Assembly: GCA_963707655.1 (NCBI GenBank)
Contig: OY970172.1
Coordinates: forward strand, 320,001 to 384,000
DNA from: an uncultured bacterium
GTDB taxonomy: Bacteria > Babelota > Babeliae > Babelales > Vermiphilaceae
Direction: 5' to 3'
Length of the DNA stretch: 64,000 bases
Positions 41,994 through 50,505 of this stretch are shown here, piece by piece (the stretch's first letter is position 1; each line of letters begins with the position of its first letter). The translations under genes and the position numbers were made by a program. A model generated the notes under the pieces. That model was not told the origin of the DNA. It saw only the letters and a list, made by a program, of their open reading frames with translations, and did not search any database.

Positions 41994-43151
41994 ATGAAAA
42001 AGATATTACTCGCTATCATAATGCTGACGGCCTCCAGCGGCAGGGCGATGCTTGAAGTTGAAGATGCTCCATTCGGTCAGTTGGCTCTGTTTGACTATGG
42101 ATTTCAATCAGGTACGCCGTTGTCACTGGTTGTAGAAGGGGACGAACTTGCACAATGGGCGATGCGGGAGGGAGCTTCTACACCTGATGCGGCAAACAGC
42201 ATCGATGCATTATTGTCTACAGAACAAAAGAAAGCAGTCGCTGCTCTTCATGCGGCATCTTTGGTTACCGTAAAAAAAGGCATGAAACAGAGAAAAATAG
42301 CGAGAAGTAAGCTGTGGTGCAAGGAATGCAAATATCGGGCAGGAAATCTGAATCACTTTGATGAGCACAAGCGAACCAAGGGCCATTTGGAAAAAACAGG
42401 ACAACCATTACCACATTGGTCAACATATGATTTTTCCTGCGAACCATGTGAATATGGGGTCGTGCGTAAGAAGGATTTGAATATACACATGCGAAGCAAA
42501 GGCCATTTAGAAAAAACGGGACAATCGCTACCAGATTGGGCAGCATACGATTTTACCTGCGCACCATGTGAATATGGAGCTTTGAAAAAAGCAACTTTGA
42601 ATTTGCACAAGCGAACCAAGGGCCATTTAGAAAAAACAGGACAATCGCTACCAGATTGGTCAACATATGATTTTTCCTGCGAACCATGTGAATACGGAAC
42701 CATGAAAAAAACAACCTTGAATGACCACATGCAAAGCAAGAGCCATTTAGAAAAAGTAGGACAATCGTTATCAGATTGGCAAGCATACGATTTCACCTGT
42801 GCACTATGTAAATATGGCACCACGCAAAAAGTAAACTTGAATGCACACATGCAAAGCAAGGGCCATTTAGAGAAAGCAGGGCAATCGTTGGCGTGGGATG
42901 CATATCAATATACATGCGCACCATGTGAATATGGAACCCCGCAAAAAAGATGCTTGAATGCACACATGCTCAGCAAGGATCATTTAGAAAAAACAGGACA
43001 ATCATTGCCAGATTGGCAAGCATACAATTTCACCTGTGCACTATGTAAATATGGAACTCCGCATAAAAGGAACTTAGATAGACATATGCGCAGTAAGAAG
43101 CATGAGAAAGCTTATTTGAAATCAATTGAAGTTCCGGCTAGGAAAGAATAG
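41994..43151 (+). CDS. Secreted tandem zinc-finger protein, paralog 4 (7 fingers)
   Basis: Same architecture, 7 fingers. Confidence 0.92.
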   Translation: MKKILLAIIMLTASSGRAMLEVEDAPFGQLALFDYGFQSGTPLSLVVEGDELAQWAMREGASTPDAANSIDALLSTEQKKAVAALHAASLVTVKKGMKQRKIARSKLWCKECKYRAGNLNHFDEHKRTKGHLEKTGQPLPHWSTYDFSCEPCEYGVVRKKDLNIHMRSKGHLEKTGQSLPDWAAYDFTCAPCEYGALKKATLNLHKRTKGHLEKTGQSLPDWSTYDFSCEPCEYGTMKKTTLNDHMQSKSHLEKVGQSLSDWQAYDFTCALCKYGTTQKVNLNAHMQSKGHLEKAGQSLAWDAYQYTCAPCEYGTPQKRCLNAHMLSKDHLEKTGQSLPDWQAYNFTCALCKYGTPHKRNLDRHMRSKKHEKAYLKSIEVPARKE

Positions 43152-43188
43152 CTAAGGCAGAAATAGTAATCGCAAGGAAAATAACAAG

Positions 43189-43986
43189 ATGAAAAAGACA
43201 TTATTCGTCATCCTAGTGCTGGCTTGCCCCAGCTGCTGGGCGATGGTTGAAGTTGAAGATGCTCCATTCGGTCAGTTGGATTTGTTTGACTATGGATTTC
43301 AACCGGGCGCGGCGTTGCTGATGGAAGAAGAGGGGAATGGGGACGAACTTGCGCAATGGGCGATGCGGGAGGCAGTTTCAGCACCCGATGCGGTGAACAG
43401 CAATAATGCATTACTGTCTACAGAACAAAAGAAGGCAATCGCTGCTCTTCATGCGGCATCTTTGGTTACCGTAAAAAAAGGCATGAAAAAGAGAAAAATA
43501 GCGAGAAGTAAGCTGTGGTGCAAGGAATGCAAATGTCGGGTAATAAATCTGAAGAACTTTGATTTGCACAAGCAAAGCAAGGGCCATTTAGAAAAAACAG
43601 GACAGCCGTTACCACATTGGTCAGCATATGAGTTTACTTGCGCACCGTGTGAATACGGGGCTTTTCTTAAGCAATCTTTGAATGCACATATGCGAAGCCG
43701 TTCCCACCTAATAAAAACAGGGCAATTGTTACCAGTTTGGCAAGCATATAAATACAGATGTGAAATATGTAAATATGGAACTCCGCATAAAGGAAACTTG
43801 AATACACACATGCAAAGCAAGGGCCATTTAGAGAAAACAGGGCAATCGTTGGTGTGGGATGCACATAGATACAGATGTGAAATATGTGAACGTGGCTTCT
43901 TGGAAAAAGGGCATTTTGATAGGCACATGCGCACTAAGAAGCATGAGAAATCAGTAACTAAAAAAACAATCGTGAGGAAAAAATAA
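43189..43986 (+). CDS. Secreted tandem zinc-finger protein, paralog 5 (4 fingers)
   Basis: Same architecture, 4 fingers. Confidence 0.92.
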   Translation: MKKTLFVILVLACPSCWAMVEVEDAPFGQLDLFDYGFQPGAALLMEEEGNGDELAQWAMREAVSAPDAVNSNNALLSTEQKKAIAALHAASLVTVKKGMKKRKIARSKLWCKECKCRVINLKNFDLHKQSKGHLEKTGQPLPHWSAYEFTCAPCEYGAFLKQSLNAHMRSRSHLIKTGQLLPVWQAYKYRCEICKYGTPHKGNLNTHMQSKGHLEKTGQSLVWDAHRYRCEICERGFLEKGHFDRHMRTKKHEKSVTKKTIVRKK

Positions 43987-43987
43987 G

Positions 43988-44929
43988 ATGAAAAAGATAT
44001 TACTCGTTATCCTGTTGCTGGCTTGCCCCAGATGCTGGGCGATGGGCGAAGAAGCCTCATACTACGATCAGTTGGCCCTGTTTGACCATAGATCTCAACG
44101 AGATGTTCCCTTTTTATCAATGGAACAATGTGATGTGGACGGAATCGCGCCATGGATTATTGATGAGGAAAATCCGTTTAGCCAGTGGAATCCATCTGAC
44201 TATGAATTGCGACTAGGCACGCCATTATTGACACCGAGGCAAGAAGATGATGGGTGTGAGCTTGAGTCTTTGGCAATGCAGGGCAATGTTGTGGATCCTC
44301 ATGAGGAGCTGGACATCGGTGCATCATTGTCTACAAAACAAAAGAAAGCAGTCGCCGCTCTTCATGAGTCATCTTTGATTACCGTAAAAAAAGGTATGAA
44401 AGAGAGAAGAATAGCTAGGGGTAAGTTGTGGTGCAAGGAATGCGGATATAATGTCTGGCATAAAGGAAACTTGAATGCACACATGAAAGGCAAAGTTCAT
44501 CTAAGAAGAACAGAACAATCGTTACTAGATTGGCAAGAGCATAAACACAGATGTGCACCATGCAAATATGGTGACTGGCATAAAGGACACTTGAATGCAC
44601 ACATGAAAAGCAAAGCGCATCTAAGAAAAATAGAACAATTGTTGTCATCGGTATCGGGGCAATATCAATGTCCACCATGTGGATATGACACCCCTTTGAA
44701 GCGTAGCTGGAATGCGCACGAGCGTAGTAGGGACCATTTAGAAAAAACAGGACAGTTGTTAAAAGATTGGCGCTCATATGAATATAAATGTAAAACATGT
44801 AAACATGGCATGGCTTCCAGGCTTCAATGGGATACACACGTGCGAAGCAAGCAACATGTGCAAACAAGTAAACTGCTTATTGAAAATCAACGGAAAAGCG
44901 CCAGAGTAAAAGAAATAGCTAAAGCTTGA
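43988..44929 (+). CDS. Secreted tandem zinc-finger protein, paralog 6 (4 fingers, divergent)
   Basis: Same signal peptide and KKGMKERR block; longer acidic region; 4 fingers. Confidence 0.9.
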   Translation: MKKILLVILLLACPRCWAMGEEASYYDQLALFDHRSQRDVPFLSMEQCDVDGIAPWIIDEENPFSQWNPSDYELRLGTPLLTPRQEDDGCELESLAMQGNVVDPHEELDIGASLSTKQKKAVAALHESSLITVKKGMKERRIARGKLWCKECGYNVWHKGNLNAHMKGKVHLRRTEQSLLDWQEHKHRCAPCKYGDWHKGHLNAHMKSKAHLRKIEQLLSSVSGQYQCPPCGYDTPLKRSWNAHERSRDHLEKTGQLLKDWRSYEYKCKTCKHGMASRLQWDTHVRSKQHVQTSKLLIENQRKSARVKEIAKA

Positions 44930-44963
44930 AAAATAATTGCAAGAAAAGAGTAGTGCATTCTCA

Positions 44964-44995
44964 AAAAACCCCGCCAATATAAAAGCGGGGTTTTT
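44964..44995. terminator. Bidirectional terminator ending the zinc-finger array
   Basis: aaaaaccccgc...gcggggttttt. Confidence 0.8.
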
Positions 44996-45015
44996 AGTTT
45001 TTAAGAAAGTTATAA

Positions 45016-46767
45016 TTATCTTATTGATTTAAGAACATCAATCAACTCTTTGAGCGATTTTTGCAAGGTATAGACCGATGCCGGCACTGGAACCAGTTGC
45101 ATTAAATTAGCATTGGGGACTGGTTGAGGTTCGCCCAAAAATGCCCATCGTTTATCAGCAGTAATGGTGCTTTCCTGATTTTTTATAGCATCAATCTGTT
45201 GCATTATTGAATTAATTGTTGCGGTTTTTGCGATTATTTCATCAACATCTATCTTATAATATTTTTTTTGTTCCGGGCTGAACTTGCTAAAGCGAACACG
45301 AAGAGCATTTGCTTTCTCCATAGTGCGGTCCGCGGCGTTTATTGCGCTTTGCAACGCATTTGCTGCTTGAGTATTAACGGGTGTAGCAGTACTCAGTACC
45401 AAAGTCTCTATATTTTTAAAGTTATTATCAATAAGAATATCAGTTACTCTATCCAGAGAAGAAGATAAATTGTCAAAGCTTTTTTCAGTTCGTTTATCTT
45501 CTTCACCTTTCTTTTTTTCATCCTCTTTTTTTGGTTTATCTGTTGCTGCCGGTTTAGCTGCTTCTTTTTTGCCTTCAGCCGGTTTTGGCATTGGCGCAGC
45601 GCCGCCTGCTTTTGGTGCGGATGCACCGCCGCCAGCGTTACCTCCTGTTTTACCGGTACCGCCGCCGGTTGATCGTGTTCCGGCTTCGGTTGATGAAGGT
45701 TGGTTGTCTGCAGAACCAAAACGAGGTTGTCCTGTTTGCTGATACAATGCATCATTTGAATAGCCACTGCCATATGAAGGGGTTTGTCTTTGCACCTTGC
45801 TGTATTGTGGTGCGGGTGCCTCATAACCAGCGGTGATTACCGGCGTTGCTGGGCGGGGGGCAGCACTTTTTTGTGCTTCCTGTATGCTTTTTGTTTTTTC
45901 TTCACTTAATTTAGCGGCCTTTGGTCCGTATGTGCCAATGATGCTTTCAAGGCTTGCGGGCAAACCGAGTTTGTAAAATGCCTCACTAATGCAGCTGAGC
46001 GCTTTTTTAAAGGCGGTGCTTGATTTTTCAGTCAAAGTAGTAGAACCAAATTCAGGAATTTCAATATTTGGTTCATTGATGCGTAACACACTTTCTACGC
46101 GTGCGAGGTTGTTGCGTACAACTTCATTTTTAATCAATTCAGGCAAATATTTATATTCTTTTGTTTTTGGATCGCGATCTTTCATCTTTGAGAGTTGTTG
46201 TATCAAAAGCTCTATCTGGCCTTTTAGTGTTTCCCAGCGGTCAAAAGATGGATTGATGCCGCCTTCTTTGAGCCATGCGCTCACTTTTATTGAAAAATCG
46301 GGAATAAGAGCACTTTTGCTTATTATTTTTTCAAGTCTTGTTAAAAGACTATCAATAATGGCAGCAGCTTCATCTATTTTTGAAGAAGCAATCGGTTTAG
46401 CCGCCGGTTTTGTTTCCTGCGTTACCGGCGTAGAAACAACAGGAGTTGTTTCTGTTATTGGTGTTTCAATCGGTTTAATTTTTTCTTCCAGTTGAGTAGC
46501 CTCTTTTTCAACTTCTGCCCAAAACTCTTCAAGAAATTTTTCCTGCTCGGCCGGTGGTAATTTAGCAACTTCCTTTTCAAGCTCTTGCATGATTTCCATA
46601 AAAAATTGCTGTTGCTGTTCCTCATTGAGTCCCTGTACCATCTCCATCATTTCGCGTTCTTGCGGATCTAAGCGAGAAAGGTCGAGCGCGCTCGCGCTTG
46701 TCACTACGATTGCAGATCCCCATATAATGAGCGATAAGAGCACAAGAAGATTTCTGAAAAAATTCAT
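45016..46767 (-). CDS. Large exported hypothetical protein with low-complexity linker
   Basis: Signal peptide, E/Q-rich helices, G/P/K-rich linker. Confidence 0.75.
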   Translation of the reverse strand: MNFFRNLLVLLSLIIWGSAIVVTSASALDLSRLDPQEREMMEMVQGLNEEQQQQFFMEIMQELEKEVAKLPPAEQEKFLEEFWAEVEKEATQLEEKIKPIETPITETTPVVSTPVTQETKPAAKPIASSKIDEAAAIIDSLLTRLEKIISKSALIPDFSIKVSAWLKEGGINPSFDRWETLKGQIELLIQQLSKMKDRDPKTKEYKYLPELIKNEVVRNNLARVESVLRINEPNIEIPEFGSTTLTEKSSTAFKKALSCISEAFYKLGLPASLESIIGTYGPKAAKLSEEKTKSIQEAQKSAAPRPATPVITAGYEAPAPQYSKVQRQTPSYGSGYSNDALYQQTGQPRFGSADNQPSSTEAGTRSTGGGTGKTGGNAGGGASAPKAGGAAPMPKPAEGKKEAAKPAATDKPKKEDEKKKGEEDKRTEKSFDNLSSSLDRVTDILIDNNFKNIETLVLSTATPVNTQAANALQSAINAADRTMEKANALRVRFSKFSPEQKKYYKIDVDEIIAKTATINSIMQQIDAIKNQESTITADKRWAFLGEPQPVPNANLMQLVPVPASVYTLQKSLKELIDVLKSIR

Positions 46768-46851
46768 ATTTTTCCTTTTCGTTACGGTGTGTTAGATAGA
46801 ATTCTAATGTACCCTAGTATAAGGCAATTGCTATCAGTTACAATAGAGTTT

Positions 46852-47229
46852 ATGAAAAAACAGAACAAAAAAGGATTTCTTCTTATTGAATTTATTATTG
46901 CATGCGCATTGCTTGTATCGATAGCTGCACTGATGAGTTTGTATTTTTCTGCCATGGCAAAACAGTATTGCCAAGCAAAGCGCCATTTAGAAACTTTTCG
47001 TCTGTTGCAGCACGCGTTGTATGAAGATGGATCAGCTGCTGCGCATAACGCGGGAACGATAGACGCGCAAGAATTCATGTTGCCACCTCTTAAAGCAGCA
47101 TTGCGAAACAAGGGATATAGCAATGCGTTTCACCAAACATTAATTATTAAAGTAGTGAGCATGCCTGAGGATCAAGATGCTCGATTGATGCGCTTGGAGA
47201 GCATTTGTGTGCGTAGGAATGCAGTATGA
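46852..47229 (+). CDS. Prepilin-type (pseudopilin) protein
   Basis: KKGFLLIEF class III signal. Confidence 0.75.
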   Translation: MKKQNKKGFLLIEFIIACALLVSIAALMSLYFSAMAKQYCQAKRHLETFRLLQHALYEDGSAAAHNAGTIDAQEFMLPPLKAALRNKGYSNAFHQTLIIKVVSMPEDQDARLMRLESICVRRNAV

Positions 47230-47663
47230 AAAAGCGGGGATTCACCTTAATTGAATGTATTATCGCCATAGCGCTGTTTGCGCTCATTGCGTTTTTAACA
47301 ACTCATTTTAGCGTACAATGTTATACAACAATTACTCAATTGCGCACGCAAAGTTCTGCGTTGATGATGTTTAATACTGCCTTTGATTTTCTTGCGCGCG
47401 ATCTTAAAATGGCGCCGACCATGAGTGAGTGGAAATCAAAAAACAAAAATGATTATACGTGGCGGCAGGGGGATGCCCAATTACGATGGCGCATAGATGA
47501 AAACAAGTTATTACGCAGCTGTGGTAATCGTTCAAGCGTTGTTGCATTGCATGTTGAATCGTTAACTATAGAAGAAGCGCGTAATGGATTTAATCTATTT
47601 TTAAAACTTGATAACAACGGACATTGTTATCAAACGAAACAATGGGTAAGGGTAGTGCGATGA
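47226..47663 (+). CDS. Prepilin-type (PulJ/PilW-like) protein
   Basis: KRGFTLIEC; ARDLKMA. Confidence 0.8.
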   Translation: MKKRGFTLIECIIAIALFALIAFLTTHFSVQCYTTITQLRTQSSALMMFNTAFDFLARDLKMAPTMSEWKSKNKNDYTWRQGDAQLRWRIDENKLLRSCGNRSSVVALHVESLTIEEARNGFNLFLKLDNNGHCYQTKQWVRVVR

Positions 47664-48055
47664 ATAAACCGGGGATGGCCCTTATTACCGTTTTTCTTTG
47701 TTTGTCTGCCTCATCCGTAATCATTCTTACCGCTTATCAAGCAATAGCGCTATTGCCCATTTTTTCCCGTGATCATATTAAATATCAAGCAGATGAACTG
47801 ATGCTTGATGGGGCTTGTATATATGCGCGCGAATTTTGCAGAGAAAATTGGAAACGCCTTGTTTTTTATGCTCAGCAGGGGGAAAAACAAGAGATATTTT
47901 TTGCGCCATCATCATCACCCGGTGTTCGAGCGCGCATTGGTATTAACTTGGGTACCAAAGAGCAGCAGATAGAAATATCGTTATTAAAAAAAGGCCAGCA
48001 GAGCTGTATGCGAAAAATATCTATAAATCACAACTGTGCCATTGCCTTACAGTAA
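47660..48055 (+). CDS. PulK/PilX-like minor pilin
   Basis: KPGMALITV (lacks E5, as in PilX/GspK); overlapping ATGA junction. Confidence 0.6.
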   Translation: MNKPGMALITVFLCLSASSVIILTAYQAIALLPIFSRDHIKYQADELMLDGACIYAREFCRENWKRLVFYAQQGEKQEIFFAPSSSPGVRARIGINLGTKEQQIEISLLKKGQQSCMRKISINHNCAIALQ

Positions 48056-48076
48056 CTATGCATCTCACCTGTATGG

Positions 48077-48422
48077 TTATGCCCGTCTCGCGCGTCTGGT
48101 AGCAGTTCTATGCGCAGTGGTGTTGTTGTGTTGAGTAAGATGTGTAACAATATCAGTGCCATACTGGCACGTTTTATACGTATATTCATGAAGGTACCAC
48201 GCTAAGAGCGGTAGTCCGGTAGCACGCTTCTTGGTCACCGCCAATCGAGCTATTTTTAAGTTTTTGGGCGCTCTTATATCCAGAGGCTCTGTATTGGCAT
48301 TGAGTCTACTGGCGTTTGTGAGCAGCCAATTCAATCTCATCTGTTATTGCCAGATCAATTTCTTGGGCAATGGCAAGGGAAAATGTGCTGATTATGAATA
48401 GTATAATTATTTTTGGCATCAT
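48077..48422 (-). pseudogene. Degraded copy of the 49000-49614 zinc-finger gene
   Basis: MMPKIIIL...STFSLAIAQE then a frameshift near 48325 into KNLKIARLAVTKKR; single finger with C->Y (YKTC). Confidence 0.8.
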
Positions 48423-48696
48423 TATTCGTATGATTTCATGTATTGCGTGACTGCCTTAGCTTGCCCTTAAAACGATTCTTTATCAAGAGTAGATAAAAAG
48501 AAATTCTATGCGCCATTCAAAGACGCATAATTCTTACCCTTATGTTAATTCTTCTCCTCCTGCTTATTCAAACAACAAAGAACTCAGCCAACAGTGATAC
48601 AAGAAAGTATAAAAAGGACTGACCCTTGCTCAACTATTACTGATACATGTCATCATTGAAACCAAGAAGCTCCCCGTAATAATACCCGAGCAGTCA

Positions 48697-48921
48697 TTGG
48701 TTCAAGGACCGTTGGAAAAAACATCTAACATGGTAAGTATTAAAAACCCTCAGCAAGACTCACCCGAAGTGCCAAAGGAATTAACGCAAGTTGTCTACAC
48801 GCAACAACTCTTTAATGGCCTTCCAGAATCAATAAGAAAGTATCTGTCTACTGTGGCGAGTCCACAACCTGTTCCTCAATCAATACAAAAGAGTATTGAC
48901 AGAATTGTGCGAGCGCACTAG
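48697..48921 (+). pseudogene. Possible gene remnant
   Basis: Frame open from ~48613 (KGLTLAQLLLIHV..) but no ATG. Confidence 0.3.
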
Positions 48922-48999
48922 ATAGAGCCATACATTCGGGAGGGCAGGGGTTCTCTGCGGGCCCCTGAATGGGATCAACCACTTCTGGTTGTCTAGGCG

Positions 49000-49614
49000 T
49001 TATTGTTGTGCTCGTAAGGTTTGCAAGTCAATCGGTGCCACGCGTTCGGCGGCAGTTCTATGTTTGGCGCTATTGTTGTGTGAGGTAAAACGTTCGCGCC
49101 GATCAGTGCCATACTCGCACGTTTTACACATATATTCACGAAGGTACCACGCTACTTGCGGTAGTCCAGTAGCAGCTCTATGCGCAGTACTGTGGTTATG
49201 TTGAATAAGATGTGAAAAAACATCAGTGCCATACTTGCACGTTGCACACGTATATGCACGAAGGTACCACGCTACTTGCGGTAGTCCGGTAGTAGTTCTA
49301 TGTTTGGCGGTGTTATTATGTTTAACAAGGTCTGCAGGCTGATCAGTGCCATACTTGCAAATCTCACATATATATTTACGCTTACGCCACGTTGAAGCAA
49401 CACGCTTTTTGGTAGCTAATCGAGCCGCTTTTAAGTTTTTGGATACTTTTACGCTCGTGGGCATGGGCTTTGCATCAGCATTTACTTTCCCTATGTTTGC
49501 CAGTATAGTAACAGCCAATTGAATATCACCGATTCTTACTGGATTGACTTCTTGAGCCATTACCAGAGAAAATGTGCTGAGTATAATTATTTTTATCATC
49601 ATCATCATCATCAT
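49000..49614 (-). CDS. Secreted 3-finger C2H2 zinc-finger protein (second subfamily)
   Basis: Signal peptide, TKKR..WRKRK, 3x CxxCxYGTD...HX5H with TGLPQVAWY linkers. Confidence 0.88.
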   Translation of the reverse strand: MMMMMMIKIIILSTFSLVMAQEVNPVRIGDIQLAVTILANIGKVNADAKPMPTSVKVSKNLKAARLATKKRVASTWRKRKYICEICKYGTDQPADLVKHNNTAKHRTTTGLPQVAWYLRAYTCATCKYGTDVFSHLIQHNHSTAHRAATGLPQVAWYLREYMCKTCEYGTDRRERFTSHNNSAKHRTAAERVAPIDLQTLRAQQ

Positions 49615-50030
49615 AGTTTCATTTTCCGTGCTCGTTTATGTGTGCAACTGCCTTAAACCAATCTTGCGTGGGTGATGAATTCTAGCTTGCCTTTTAAATG
49701 ACTTTTTATCAAGAACGAGCGACCTAAAAATACAATATGTCATATAAGGGCGCATAATTCATTGCCATTATGTCAATAAAGCCCGCCTGCTCATTCAGAC
49801 GAAAAAAGCTAAACTAACAGCGATACAAGATGATATAAAAAGGACTATTACATAATGTATTCTTAATCGGAAAAAATAGTATCGGCCCGATTTTGCGAGG
49901 CAAAATGTAATAAACCATTCCATCTCATGGCTAACATTGAAAAGGCGATTACGTTTTTTATTTCCAAGCAACTTTTTTTGGGCTATACTTTTTGCCATTA
50001 ATAAAGCATTTTTTTATGTATAGGAACATT

Positions 50031-50474
50031 ATGAAAGTATATCTATTAAAAAATATTGAACGAGTTGGTATTGCCGGAGAAATTATTAAAGTGAGCGATG
50101 GCTATGGTGCCAATTACCTTATTCCTCACAAATTGGCAGTAGCCGTCACCAGCGAGAACGAAGGATCATTTAAACAGCGCGCGCAAAGCATTGATCGCCG
50201 CAACGAAGTAATATCAACGCAAACTTCTATGTTGGCCGAAAAAATAAAATCAATTACCGTGACCTTAAAACGCAAAATGCATGATGATGGCAAGTTGTAT
50301 GGCTCGGTATCTCAAGGTGAAATTGCCGATCTTCTCGCAGAAAAAGGGGTCAGTGTTTCTAAGAGCCAAGTGGAAATCCCAAAATCAATCAAAGAAAAAG
50401 GGAACTACGAGGTAACCATTAAATTATCCTCACGCTTGCAGCCAACAATAACGCTTAAAGTAATCGCAGAATAG
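50031..50474 (+). CDS. rplI: 50S ribosomal protein L9
   Basis: MKVYLL...VSDGYGANYLIP, GKLYGSV. Confidence 0.96.
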   Translation: MKVYLLKNIERVGIAGEIIKVSDGYGANYLIPHKLAVAVTSENEGSFKQRAQSIDRRNEVISTQTSMLAEKIKSITVTLKRKMHDDGKLYGSVSQGEIADLLAEKGVSVSKSQVEIPKSIKEKGNYEVTIKLSSRLQPTITLKVIAE

Positions 50475-50505
50475 TACGTCATTTTTTTAAAGAGGCCACA
50501 GCAGA

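Noticed and set aside
38647..44929. CRISPR array or diversity-generating retroelement as the source of the 120-bp periodicity and variability
   Set aside because: The repeats are in-frame coding units; no cas or reverse transcriptase gene and no non-coding template repeat in the window
38671..44977. Repetitive Cys-rich antisense ORFs over the zinc-finger array
   Set aside because: Shadows of the sense-strand repeats; no RBS or independent signal
48520..49778. Two dif-like sequences (cgcataa...ttatgttaatt at ~48520-48550; gcgcataa...ttatgtcaata at ~49747-49778)
   Set aside because: Spacers are 9 and 10 bp, not 6; better explained as a duplicated upstream or operator element of the zinc-finger genes; 54652-54679 fits dif better
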